64,000 nucleotides of DNA from Zygnema circumcarinatum SAG 698-1b (Eukaryota > Plantae > Zygnematophyceae), in assembly GCA_037447605.1 (NCBI GenBank), contig CM074813.1, forward strand, positions 1,054,001 to 1,118,000. Reading direction: 5' to 3'. The translations under genes and the position numbers were made by a program. The notes under the pieces were generated by a model. The model was given only the letters and a program-made list of their open reading frames with translations. It was not told the origin of the DNA and made no database searches. Below are positions 28,043 to 40,047 of the stretch, in pieces. Position 1 is the stretch's first letter. The number at the start of each line of letters is the position of its first letter.

Positions 28043-31000
28043 ATGGCGGCCCTGAACGTGAACGCGGGACTGTTAGGGCACATCGACAGCGGGAAGACGG
28101 CGCTCGCGCGCGCTCTGAGCACAGCGCTGAGCACCGCCGCGCTCGACCGCGCGCCGCAGAGCGCCGCGCGGGGCATCACGCTCGACCTCGGCTTCTCCGC
28201 GCTCACTGTGCGCGCTCCCCTCCGCGTTAATTTAACTGCAGATTAGGGTTGGAATTTTTGAAGTAATGGATTACGTTTTTTTTTAAATGGTTTAAGTCAC
28301 TGCTTTCTGGCTTACTTCTAATGGAGAGTAAGGTAGTTTCTGTTGCATTAGATGGTAAGGAAAGCAGGGTTACTGCCTCCTGCCTTCCTTCTGGTGCGGT
28401 TTAGGGTGACAATGATGAAGTTAGTAGCTTAAACTGTTAGGGTTAAGGCCCAGGTTAGAGTCAATACTTTGAAAGATTAAGACTTATAGTAAGAGCTAGA
28501 AGAATTAAATTTAATTTTACAACATGCAAACGATGTAATTGGCAATTAAAAACGCATCGACTTGAAAATGTGAGATTAAGAAGTTATAGTTTTCGTGAGA
28601 GGTGACGACGAAATTGTGAGGACTCTCAATTCGTACAGGGGGGAAATCTGATTTCTTTAAATTAAGTAATCAAACGAGGAGCTGAAAGGGTGTCAAGAGA
28701 ATGCACCGCGCTTGAGTAAGCGGACTTATGAAAGGAGATTAACTTCATGTTTTTTGGAAGAACCAACTTTTTAGTGCTTAAGTGAGGTTGGAAGGCACTG
28801 AGTTTAATTGTTTTTGTTAACATGAACTATTAATTCAATTCCACAAACATTTGTTTCCTGTTTCATCGTTTGATCGTTTGTCAAGGACATCTCTGCTGCC
28901 GCTTCCTCCCCTGACTTTGAAACTCCCCTCTCCTCCCCCTCCCTCTCCCACACTCTCCCCCCCTCCCTCTCCCACTCCGTCCCCATCCCTCTCCCTCTCC
29001 TCTCCTCCCCCTCACTTCCCATCCGCTCCCCTCCTTGTCCTTCTCCCCTCCTCCCTCTCCTCTCCCCCCCTCCCTCTCCCTCTCCCCTCCCTCCCCTCCC
29101 CTTCCCTCCTCCTCCCACTCTTCCCCTTCCCACTCCACTCTCTTCCTCCCTCTTCCACTCTCTTCCCCTACCTCTTCCTCGACTCTTCCGCCCTCCCGCT
29201 CCAACTTTTTCCCCCCTCCTCCCTCTCCCTCTTCCCCCCCCCCTCCCCTCACACTCCCATCGTTGCCCCCTCCTCCTCTCCCTCCCTCCTTCCAGGTAGA
29301 CATGCCCGAGCACCTGGCTGGTCTTCCGTACGAGAAGTTGCAGATTACCTTGGTGGACTGTCCCGGGCACGCCTCGCTCATTCGCACCATCATTGGCGGT
29401 TAGGCTAAATCCTATCTGTTGAATTCTCCTTTTTCTTTTTTCGTGAGGAAGGTAGGAGATGCCATATTTCATTTCACTTGAACTTTGCGATTTGCGTAGA
29501 AGTTGTACTAAGGTTTCTTTCATCACCTGCAGGAGCCCAAATCATCGACATTATGATTCTTGTGGTGGACGTCACGAGGGGGATTCAGACGCAGACGGCG
29601 GAGGTGCGTGCCGGAAACCAGGGCCAAATTAGGGCTAGGGTTTTACAGACGGTGAAAGCAGCAGCAGCACTGCAGGTCCTATTGAAGGCCTCCATTTGTG
29701 TCATCCTGTCCCTTCCTCAGAGTCGCATTGCAATTGCCCTTTTCCCTTCCCCCCTCACTGTGGCCCTCGCGGGGGGGCGGCAGAGCAGTGTCTGGTCGTG
29801 GGCGAGATCTCGCCGACCCGCTCCATGGTGGTCGCGCTCAACAAAACGGTGCGCCGCTTCGGCTTTTCACCTCTCGACTTGACTTGACTTGACTTGACTT
29901 GACTTGACTGTACTTGACTTGACTTGACTTAATATGAATACGTTTTTTTGGCAGGATCTCCTCCCTGAAGCCACAAAGCAACAACAAATTGAAAAGGTGT
30001 GCTTTCCTCTTACTACTCTGTCAAGAGCAGCTAATCTCAGTTCTCTTCCCCCCCTTTCTCTCTCTCTCGCTTTCGTTTTTCTCGCTCTGCCTCCCTCCCT
30101 CTCTCCCTCTCACTTCCTTTCCGAGTTTAGCCCTCCTTTCCTTATTCCCCTCTCTCTCTTTTTCTCCTTCCGCTTCTCCACTACGTCACAATAGACTTCT
30201 GCTCATGTTCCTCACAAAGTTCATGTCACATAGCATTCTCTCACTCCCGTCGTTTTTCTCGTCTCTATCTAATTGTCATGTTAAGGTTTTACTTTTCCAA
30301 GGATTCTCTTTTGGTTTTTGTTTCCCGGTCCACTATTTACGTCTATTTGCCTTATTTTTCATTTTCGCAACTTCGTAAAATTCTAGGTGCAGCGATGTCC
30401 CTTTGATGTATGAGTTTCAAGAATCGATGATAGTATAATTTCATGTACACCTGTTGAACTGCCAGGTGGCATTCTGTGATTGGATGCTTTTCAGATGAAA
30501 AAACGCCTCCGCGCCACTCTTAAGGGGACAAAATTTTCGGACTGCCCGATAGTAGCCACGGCAGCTCGCCCGGGCGGACCCGAAGTACGAAAATAATCTT
30601 CGAGATTTCTCGATGTTTCGAGACAAAAAAATTGTGGTGTAATGTAATGATGTTATGAACATCCTTTTCTAAGTTAAATGTGCCGATCTGTCTCAACATC
30701 CGCATGAAGGAAATGTGACATCGCTATTCGCAGTCCTAATCTCTGCGAGAGTGGCCTTCAGGGCGAGGCCGCGGGCCGCTCCGTACAAGGCGTCGGGGAG
30801 CTCGTCAAAGAGCTCACCGCCCAAGTGACAGGTCAGTGCTTGCTGCTGGGAGGGGGGAGGGNNNNNNNNNNGAGAGGTAGGGGAAGTGGGGGAGTGGGGG
30901 AGGCGGGAGGGGGCAGGGAGCAGGGGACAGGGGGGGAGTGGGGGAGGCCCCTTGAGCTCAGTCTGAGTGGCTTTTAGGGTTTCTCTTTTTGGAGGCAGAT

Positions 31001-31538
31001 TTGAAGAGAACAGCGGAAGGCGCGTTTCTGTTTTCCATCGATCACTGTTTTCCTATTCGCGGCCAGGCAGCTCCTTGCCCCCTTTTCGAACGTCTTTCTT
31101 GAATGTTTTATACATTTCTACGTTTGTTTGAAACAATGTTGATGGTTTTCCAAGGTTTCAGGAAATATCTGGTTTCTGTTTCTCTGTTTGTTGTGTGTTT
31201 TTTTTGTTTTTCCTCCTTTTCCTGTCTGTCTGTCCTCCATAAAGGCACTTTCTTTTGATTCGACGATTGCTTATGAGGTTTGTTGTTGAGTGCAGGGAAC
31301 TGTTTTGACCGGAACAGTTCTTCAGGGGAAAGTTTCCGTAAATCAGAACATAGAACTGCCGTCTTTAAAAATACAACGTAAGGTGCGCTTTTGCAAATCA
31401 CATTTTTCTTTTTTTCAATTTGATGATGACCATTGTATTTAACCCTTTAAGATTCCATAATCCTGTACCGGCTCTCTCTGGCAGGTGAAGAGCATGCAAA
31501 TGTTCCATCGTCCCGTTGAATCAGCGATGCAGGTAGTC

Positions 31539-31619
<81 letters not shown>

Positions 31620-34600
31620 CCCCTCTGGCCTTCTCTCTCTCTTCCACCCTCTCACTCTCCCTCCCTCTCCATCTCTCTCTCTGGCCTACTTTCTCTCTCT
31701 TTTTCTCTCTTCCAGCCTTAGTCCATTCCGTGCCCCCATCCTCTCCCAATAATCCTTGGAACGAGACAATCGCACGACTCAGCAGCTGCCAGGTGGCACG
31801 ACGGGACTGGCCAGGGAGATCGCGTGGGAATCTGCGTCACCCAATTGGACGCCAAACTGCTCGAGCGCGGCCTCGCGGTATTCCTCCAACCATTAAAACC
31901 TAATTCCTGCAAACCACAAACCTGGTTTTTTTTTCTTTCTGGTTATACATATTTTCAAATTGCTGAAACTTGATTTGATGTTTTTCTTGGCACGGAAGGT
32001 GGGGGAGATGGGACTGTTTCCTCCCTCCCTATATTTTTTTGAACATAGGATGCAAACTTATGCTTTTGAAGGCTCCCGTTTTGCTGCCGATTTCTTTTTT
32101 TTTTGGATTTGGATGCAGGCCGAGCCTGGGACGGTGCCAACTGTCAACGGAGCGATTGCGAGAGTACAAAGAATTCGATTTTTCAAGGGCAGAATAGGCG
32201 GAAAAATAAAATTTCACGGTAAAGAAAAAAAAAAAAAAAGCACCTGGAAAAGCAGGCAACTACAAGCATCATCATCTCATCTTGCTTCAGAAGTTTGGAC
32301 TGTGAGAAATTGTTGTGAATTTTGGGAGGGAGTTTTATGGAAATGGCCTCTTTTTGTATTTTTTTTCTTGTTCTAATGAGCGGCGGATGGGGGAGGATGG
32401 CAGTGACTGTCGGTCACACAACTGTTATGGCTGAGGCAGTATTTTTTGGTCCGGGCAGACCGCTGGATCGGGCAGGTCCAAAAAACGTCTCGACATCGAT
32501 AGCTCCCACAGGTTAAGATTTTCCTTTCAAAACTTTGGACTTCTTTTTGATTGCAGATTCTTTTCTTGCATGATTAGAGTTTTTAGTTTTATGGTTCATT
32601 TTGTCTGAATTCTGGACCCCTTTTTGACTGCTCCCTTGTTTCTTTTTTTCCCCATACTCTCATTCTGAGTCACAGCTTTCAGCTTCGACCGCGAATACTT
32701 GTATCAGGTGCACATTTTCATGTTTTTTTTATTTTTTTGAACCTCTTTTCTGCTTTATTTTCCTTTTCGTCTGCTCTCCTTTTCCCCCTCCACCCCCCCC
32801 CCCCCCCTCCCCCTTCTCCCTTTCTATCTTGCCTCCCTTATCCCCTTCTCTCCCTACCTCCCCTCCCCCCACTCTCTCCCTTTCCTCCCGTTCTCCTCCC
32901 TCTACCTCTCCCTCCCTCCACCCTTCACCCTTATCTTCCTGTCCAAGCTCCCCCTTCCTCGGCCTCTACCCCCCCCCATAGCTTGCATATAAACAAAGTC
33001 TTTCCCGCAAAAAGAATGTTTCTTTTCTGCTCCATTACCTCACTTCTCACATCTGTGACCCTGTATAGCCCTCCTCCTTTTTCTTTTATTCACACGTAAC
33101 TTTTCTTCACATGTAAGTATTTATATCCAATCGATAAAACCCACCACTGCCACCAATATATTCTTCAAATACCCCCTAGAGTTTTTATTCCTTAAATGCT
33201 TCCTCCCTTTTTTTCTCCTCCGTTAACTTTCCTCGGAGCTGCTTCTCTCTTTGCAGGACGAGCTCCACGGTGGAGAGGAAGAAGCCGACAAAAACTGTAC
33301 TCCCTCTCTACCCCCATTATGCCCCAAATGTCACAACTTTCTATGTGTTCAAACTGCCACGTGTTCAAATTTGAGAAAGGGCTCTGGAAGATCCCAAGCC
33401 CTAATCCTGACTGCCACGTGTACTTGCAGGCGGCGGATCGCCCTCGGAGGGTTCAGAGCAGTGGGCGCTGCTCCGCTTCGAGGCTCCGGTCAGCGCTGAA
33501 CCCCTCCCTCCCTCCCTCCCTCCTTCCCTCCCTCCNNNNNNNNNNCCCTCCCTCCCTCCCTCCCCCCCTCTCTCCCTGCGTGCGTGTGTGCAGGCCACGT
33601 GGCAACCTCTGAGCTTGCCGTGTGGCTGCCAGCTTGTCTGTCACTGGAGCACCAGATGCCACGTGGCAGCTTCTGAAAATGCTTCTTATTTCTGTGAATG
33701 TCTGTCTTGTGGAACTGAAAAAATTGAGCCGGATCGTGGAACGATTTGGGTGCCACGTGTCGAGTGCAGGTCACGTGTCCGAAAGACGCGCTTCTCATCG
33801 CCTCTCGGTTTGACACCGACATCCGTATCCTCTCAAAGTTTTTCTTTTGTTGTTGGTTTGAAGTTAAGTCGAATGAAGCTGCGATTCCTTGTGTTGGAAC
33901 TATTTTGCTGAGTAGTTAGTTCAGTCTTTTGGCATCCCTTCTGTACTCACTTCTAAAGCCGTGGAAACGAAAATGCAAGTGAACAAACTTCAGTTGGAAC
34001 TTAACGAACTGAACTGAACGCACAGACAGCAACACATGTAGACTTGCTTTCCATGGGCAGCTGCTCGAAGCGGTGGACCAAAGCAACAAAACAGCGCTGC
34101 AGGTCAGGATGGAAAATGAGCTTAGGGGAAACCATACACTTCCGTTTCTCCCCCATTCTCTCTCTCTTCCTTTCTCTCTCTCCCTCTTTCTTCATCCCTC
34201 GCTCTCTCTCTCTCCCTCGCTCTTCCCCTCCCACCCGCCATTCTGTCTGTCCTTTCCTCCCCCCTTACGTCTCCCTCTCTCTCTCTCCATCTCCCACCCT
34301 CTTCCATTCATGGGTCCATGGGGGTGCTGACATTGGCCGGCGCAGAAGCTGCGGGTCTATAAGGAGAAGCAGCGAGAGGGAGCCGTTGAGAGGGTAATTC
34401 TGACTTCCTGAAATCCTAGAACCCTAAAAATCTTGAGACTCCTAAAGCTCTCAGGAGTCTGAAAATCGTAGGAAGTGATTCAACCTCTTGGTTGGAATTA
34501 TCCTTAGGGGATAGGGAACTTCTTGAAAGTGACTGCTTATTTGTTTTGTTTATTTTTTTCAATTTATTTGTTTGACTTCTGTCTGTGAGGAGAAAAGCTT

Positions 34601-35305
34601 TCGATCCAGACTTCCCTTCCTCTTCCTCCTTCTTTTCTTCCTTCTTTACCTGATTAATTTTTGTCTTCGTATGAGCAGGTGGTGGATTCTTATACGGTCG
34701 TAGGTCGGAGCCTGTTTAAGAAAGAGACCGACATTTCATCCTTCATCGGCCTGCAAGTGACAACCTCATCAGGTCGGTTCTTTTTTTCTCTCTTTTTCCT
34801 TTGTACGATTCCTTATGAGTTACTTGAAATGTGGTAATAAAAGGTTACAAAAGTAACTGTCGCGGAAGGGATTGCAGGGGAAAAAGGCGTCATACAATCG
34901 TCGTTTGGGAAATCGGGAAAATTTAAGGTGCTGCATGGCCGACTTCCCCAACCCTATTTTTTTGGCCGTAATTGGTCGATTGGATTTTTTCAAAAAGAAT
35001 AAAATGAATCAAGCGAAGGTCTCTCAAAACGTTTCAAGTTTTGTCCAAACCAATTATTCCTTTTTTTGGTTGGATTTGATACCAAACTTCGTGAGGCCGT
35101 CTGTCTTTTTTGGCTCCAGAAATGCCTGCGTGAGTGGCTGTTTGACTTAGCTTGACTTGAATTCATCAACTTTTTACAGGTTTTCTTCAAAGATGGGCTG
35201 CAAGACAAAGAGAGCATGACCAAGCCCGGAAGCAACGGGCTGATCCTCAAGTTCAAGAGGTTCATTTTTGACCCGTTGAAGCACATGGTGCAGGAGCAGG
35301 TTTGA
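28043..35305 (+). CDS. EEFSEC: Selenocysteine-specific translation elongation factor (eEFSec/SelB); many exons
   Basis: Motifs MAALNVNAGLLGHIDSGKTALARALST..RGITLDLGFS, TLVDCPGHASLIRTIIGGAQIID, TQTAECLVVGEI, LNKTD, FLFSIDHCFPIRGQGTVLTGT, VKSMQMFH, GDRVGICVTQLD, QWALLRFE, CRLAFHG, KLRVYKEKQREGAVER, SFGKSGKFK and LILKFKRFIFD. These match eukaryotic eEFSec along its whole length rather than EF-Tu or eEF1A. Confidence 0.95.
29877..29930. repeat. (TTGAC)n pentanucleotide repeat in an eEFSec intron
   Basis: About 10 copies of GACTT with one interruption, read directly. Confidence 0.9.
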
Positions 35306-35555
35306 ATTTTGTAACTTACTCGGAGCAGGCGCGTTCTTTGTAGTAATCCCATGGATAGCAGCTCTTCGTTCGAGGGCTTATTCGTCCCGTTTGTAAATAC
35401 AATTCAACGTTTCTGTATTTTTGTTTTATGTTTCGTATGAAATAAAGCAGGGCAGTTGTGCGGAAATGCGACATAATTTTTCTACTCAGTAGTGTCGTTT
35501 ATATGCTTGTGCTGTGAATCTGCTGTAATGTTACGATGGTAAACCTAGAACGCAA

Positions 35556-36027
35556 TTAGGGTTAGGGTTAGGGTTAGGGTTATGGTTAGGGTTAGGGTTA
35601 GGGCTAGGGCTAGGGCTAGGGTTAGGGCTAGGGTTATGGCTAGGGTTAGGGTTAGGGTTAGGGTTAGGGTTAGGGTTAGGGTTAGGGCTAGGATTAGGAT
35701 TAGGGTTAGGGTTAGGGTTAGGGTTAGGGTTAGGGTTAGGGTTAGGGTTAGGGTTAGGGTTAGGGCTAGAGTTAGGGTTAGGGTTAGGGCTAGGGTTAGG
35801 GCTAGGGCTAGGGCTAGGGCTAGGGTTAGGGTTAGGGTTAGAGTTAGGGTTAGGCTTTAGGGTTAGGGTTAGGGTTAGGGTTAGGGTTAGGGTTAGGGTT
35901 AGGGTTAGGGTTAGGGTTAGGGTTAGGGTTAGGGTTAGGGTTAGGGTTAGGGTTAGGGTTAGCGTTAGGGTTAGGGTTAGGGTTAGGGTTAGGGTTAGGG
36001 TTAGGGTTAGCGTTAGCGTTAGCGTTA
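35556..36027 (+). repeat. Interstitial telomere-like array (TTAGGG)n, 472 bp
   Basis: About 78 hexamers. Variants (CTAGGG, TTATGG, TTAGGA, CTAGAG) cluster in the left half, the right half is nearly pure, and it ends in 3x TTAGCG. Confidence 0.95.
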
Positions 36028-36529
36028 ACTTGAGCAGACCACGGCCTTGCCCGTTCCCAGTTGCCAGCGTGGCCGGCCTCCCAAACGCGCCAATCGCCGC
36101 GCGCCCTGGCGCGAGCGAGTACTCCCGCGCGGCCAGTCCGCGGGTGCCACGTGGCTAGCGCTTGAGCGTGAAGGCGGTACTGTACCTGTAACCGCGAGCT
36201 GCCGCCCGACGGGCGGACGGACGGACGGACGGACGGACGCGCTCACATGGACGGGCGCGGCGCGTACGGCGTGAGACGTCAGCGGTTGCTTGCTGACGTC
36301 AGGCCTCGGAGTTAGGGTTGAAGCAAGCCAAAGCTCCTGGCCTTAGGGCTTACAGTATTAGGGCTGCAAGGCAGGTCAGGGTTAGGGTTGGCCGGCAGGG
36401 CTTGGGTCGGGGTCAGGCTCAGAAGGTTTTCCCCGCTAGGGCGGGAGAAGCAAGCGGACGCCGGCTGCTGCGGAGAGGGTGGAGTTGAGGGCGGTGGAGG
36501 CACGCAGGCACGAACTCGGGTCGCCCGCC

Positions 36530-39292
36530 ATGGTGCGGCCCTCCTCGTCTCTCTTACCCCCTCTGCCCCCCACTTCCCTCCCCGATCGTCGTCTTCCTTC
36601 CTCTCTCCTCCCCATTTTTTGCGCTTCCTCAATGCTCTCCTGCTCTCTTCCTGCCCTTGAGTCCTTTCTCACAGCTGCAACTTCACATTGAGCTCATCGG
36701 ATATGCAAAAATCGCACTCGCAAACTTCAATTGAGGTTCCGAACAGGCAACAAATGTGGCAATGTTTTCTCTGTGATTCCTCCAATTTCGCCCCCGTGCA
36801 CTCGTTTTGACACTTTTCCCCTCCCAGTCTCGCTGCTCTCTTTCTCTCCTGTCTTCTTCTCTCGTCTCCAGAACCCCCCTCCTCCCTTCACACTCTCTCT
36901 TCTCCTGGACCAAAGTGCCAGTTCGTTGCGCAGCACCTTTCTCTAAACACTATGCGGCATTTGAATCATTTTTTTGATGTCATCGCGGAAAGGGGGTTGA
37001 TGTCAATTCCAGGAGTTGTTACGTCGAAGTATTCGAAAATTCTCAAGCTCCTCGAGGGGTCTTAATAACCCCAGTCAAAGGAGGCAAGTGGGAGCTCCGG
37101 TGGGACGACTCGCAATGGAAAATGTTGACCACATTATCGCTGTTGCTTCTGGAAAAGGAGGCGTCGGAAAATCTACTACTGCCGGTATCGTACTCACATT
37201 CTTCACTCAACCTGCATGTCGTTATGTTGACAACATGACGACATGTTGTTGTCGTTTTGCTTCTCCTTTTGCATGGTCACTACGACGAGATCCACAATTC
37301 TTGTCGGCCTCCTACACTCTTGAAAATTCAGCGGCTAAATTTATCTGAGTTCTCAGTGCCGTAAAATTCTGACCCCTGCTTTAATTCTCAAGAATTAAAT
37401 AAAACAAATCAAATGGTACCAAGAACTTAAAAAAGAATGAACTGAAAATAGTGTTGACCTATCCGGCGATGCGTAAAATGTTTTAACGTATCTCGAAAGT
37501 GCCGCACATTTAAGCTTGAAATGTGACCGGGTGCAGTGAACCTAGCGGTAGCCATGGTGCGCGAATGCGGGCTCCGGGTGGGCCTACTCGATGCAGACGT
37601 ATATGGGCCGTCCATTCCGAAGCTGATGAAATTGGAGGGCAGGCCACAGGTGAATGCAGGTCGGCATATATGGATGTTTCTGCATTGCATTACAATTTGA
37701 GCCCACACTTCTTGTTCTGGCCGTATATGCATTCCTTCTGAAATTCTGTGTTGGGAGTTTTCCACCGAAGTGCTAAAAAATAGCCCGTGCAGCCCTAGGC
37801 CGTTAATGAAATGTCAACTTTTGAATGCTAAAGTCCAAATGATGTACTAAGCCTGATCACTGGGTGGTGTGTGCATGGCAACAGAGGGGTTGATGATCCC
37901 TCTGCAGAACTATGGTGTGCGCTGCATGTCAATGGGCTTTCTCATGGAGGATGGGGCGCCGGCAGTCTGGCGAGGCCTTATGGTCAGAGATTGCACTCCC
38001 CTCTCATATCTGTTGTCCCCCTCTATCTCTGCCATTCCTTCTCCCCGTCTCCATGCGCCTCTATCTCCCTCTCTCCCTCTCTCTTCTTGCACTCTTTTGC
38101 GTCAATTTCTATCCTTTCTTCATCTCAGCCTTTGTTGGTATCTTGCCTTGCCTCTCTTTCGCTATCCTCTCTTCGTTTACCTCGTATTCATTCTCTTCCC
38201 TCTTTCGCCCCTCTCTCTCCCACTCTCTCCCACTCTCTCCCGTTGTCACACGGATGGCTGAAGGCGAATGCGGACTTTGCAGGTGATAAAGGCACTGGAG
38301 CAGCTGACTCGCCGTGTGGCCTGGGGGAGACTGGACGTGCTCCTCATAGACATGCCACCCGGAACAGGAGACGCTCAAATATCCATCACGCAGCGACTCC
38401 CTCTCTCGGGTATCGTAGTTCAATTCCATTTCTTCTTCATCCCCCCTTTTTTTCCATGTTCCTTGATTTGCTTACGTTAGTTCTCTGCATGAAGAGTTGA
38501 ATCATATCTTAGGGAGGGCTAAGCCACCATTGCAGGGGCGGTAATCGTCTCGACGCCGCAGGATATTGCGCTAATTGACGCAAGGAGGGGAGCCAACATG
38601 TTCCGCGCAGTGCAAGTACCAGTAAGGCCCCTGCTTCCTCCCTCAGTTTGAGCTCTGATGTATGAATGTATGTGTGGGTTTTGGACTTTTAGGACATTGC
38701 CCTGACTGCCATCTCCAGTGTTTCTTTTTGAAGGGGTAAATGGCGGAGGGGGTTTGTGGGTGTGTATTGTATGAGATTGGAGGATAATCCAATGAAATGG
38801 TTTGGCTTTTGGGGAAGCTAGATTTTGGGAATGATAGAAAACATGAGCTATTTTCGCTGCCCGAGCTGCGGAGAACATTCTGAAATCTTTGGTCGCGGGG
38901 GCGGTCGGAGAACGGCGGAAGAGATGGACATGGAGTTCCTCGGGGAGGTGAGACAAAAATCTGAATCGAGTTCTGGAAACTTCCCGTTCTGTCTGAGTTC
39001 AATGTAATCTTCACTTTATTGAGAACTTGAACTGCGTTTTAGGGTCTAATGGTAAGCTCCCCTCCTCTCCCCAAAAAAATTGGAAACTTATTACTTTTTG
39101 GGCGTATCCGTTGGCTGGATGAAGCAGGTGCCGTTGAATGGAAGCATCCGAGAAACTTCCGACGAGGGGCGGCCAATTGCTGCAACTGCGCGCGATTCAA
39201 AGGAAGCCAAAATTTACGCTTCAATATCTTCACGCATTGTAGAAAAGCTTCAACATGGGGCGGCATCCGCACCCAGAATAGAAATCGAGTAG
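36530..39292 (+). CDS. IND1: Mitochondrial Fe-S cluster carrier ATPase IND1/NUBPL (Mrp/NBP35 family)
   Basis: Motifs [72 protein letters not shown] and [12 protein letters not shown]. It has an Arg/Ser-rich presequence ([16 protein letters not shown]). The start is inferred as an ATG-only exon at 36530-36532 spliced to 37013. Confidence 0.93.
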
Positions 39293-39779
39293 TGCTTCAG
39301 TTTAGAGCTAGTTTATAGGTCAGTAAGAAATAATATGAAGGTTATCAAGGAAATAAATGTATGAAGGAAAGGAGGACAGAGAAAAAACTGTGCCGATTCA
39401 AAAGCTGGAAGTCCCTCCCTGGGTTTGGACAAGTAAAGAACTGTGTCGCATGTAAAGCTTGCAATATATGTGGAGGAGACCACCATTGCCATCCTAGAGA
39501 AGATGCATGCATCCATTCATGCATGCATGGATATGTGGGACTTTGATGGGAGGCTCAACACAAAGTATTGCGAAGTATGAACTGTTTCCCTGAAGTAATC
39601 CGTTGAACATTTTTTTATCCTTTATGACGGCCACAGCGAACACTGCCCCTAGTTCCCGTCAGCAGTTGACAGGAACCAGCGGCCGCCTCTGGACACAGAA
39701 CGCCGCAATCTTATCCGCCCGCACTTTATCAAACCTCGCCGCGCCTTTCCAGAAGGAAGGCGCGGATACTTGCTCTCCG

Positions 39780-39995
39780 GCTGCCACGTGGAGTCCTCCA
39801 GTGACGACACGTGGCGCTTCTTCCGGCCTCCTCAGAGGGCCCAAGCCTCTGTGCCGCCACGTCGTGACCCCACAGCGCGACAGCTGTCCCAGTAGCGCGC
39901 TCCGCACTCCCTACTCGGCCAGGTGGATCTCTGCAGGAGTGCCACGTGTCACTTCGCTTAGCTCTCTTCCCCCCGCCTGAGCGACACGTGGCGTT
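39780..39995 (+). promoter_or_regulatory. G-box/ABRE (CACGTG) cluster upstream of HCF106
   Basis: CACGTG occurs at 39785, 39808, 39943 and 39985, within 265 bp of the ATG, and again at 40058 in the transit-peptide CDS. Confidence 0.45.
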
Positions 39996-40047
39996 CTTAA
40001 AACCTTCCTGCCTAAAACCCAAAACCCCTCAACCCTCCGTTGCCGCA

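Noticed and set aside
36300-36400. AACCCTAACCCT-containing segment next to the telomeric tract as a telomerase RNA template
   Set aside because: It is better explained as telo-box-like motifs in the IND1 5' region, and similar motifs occur near many genes here. No other TR features could be supported.
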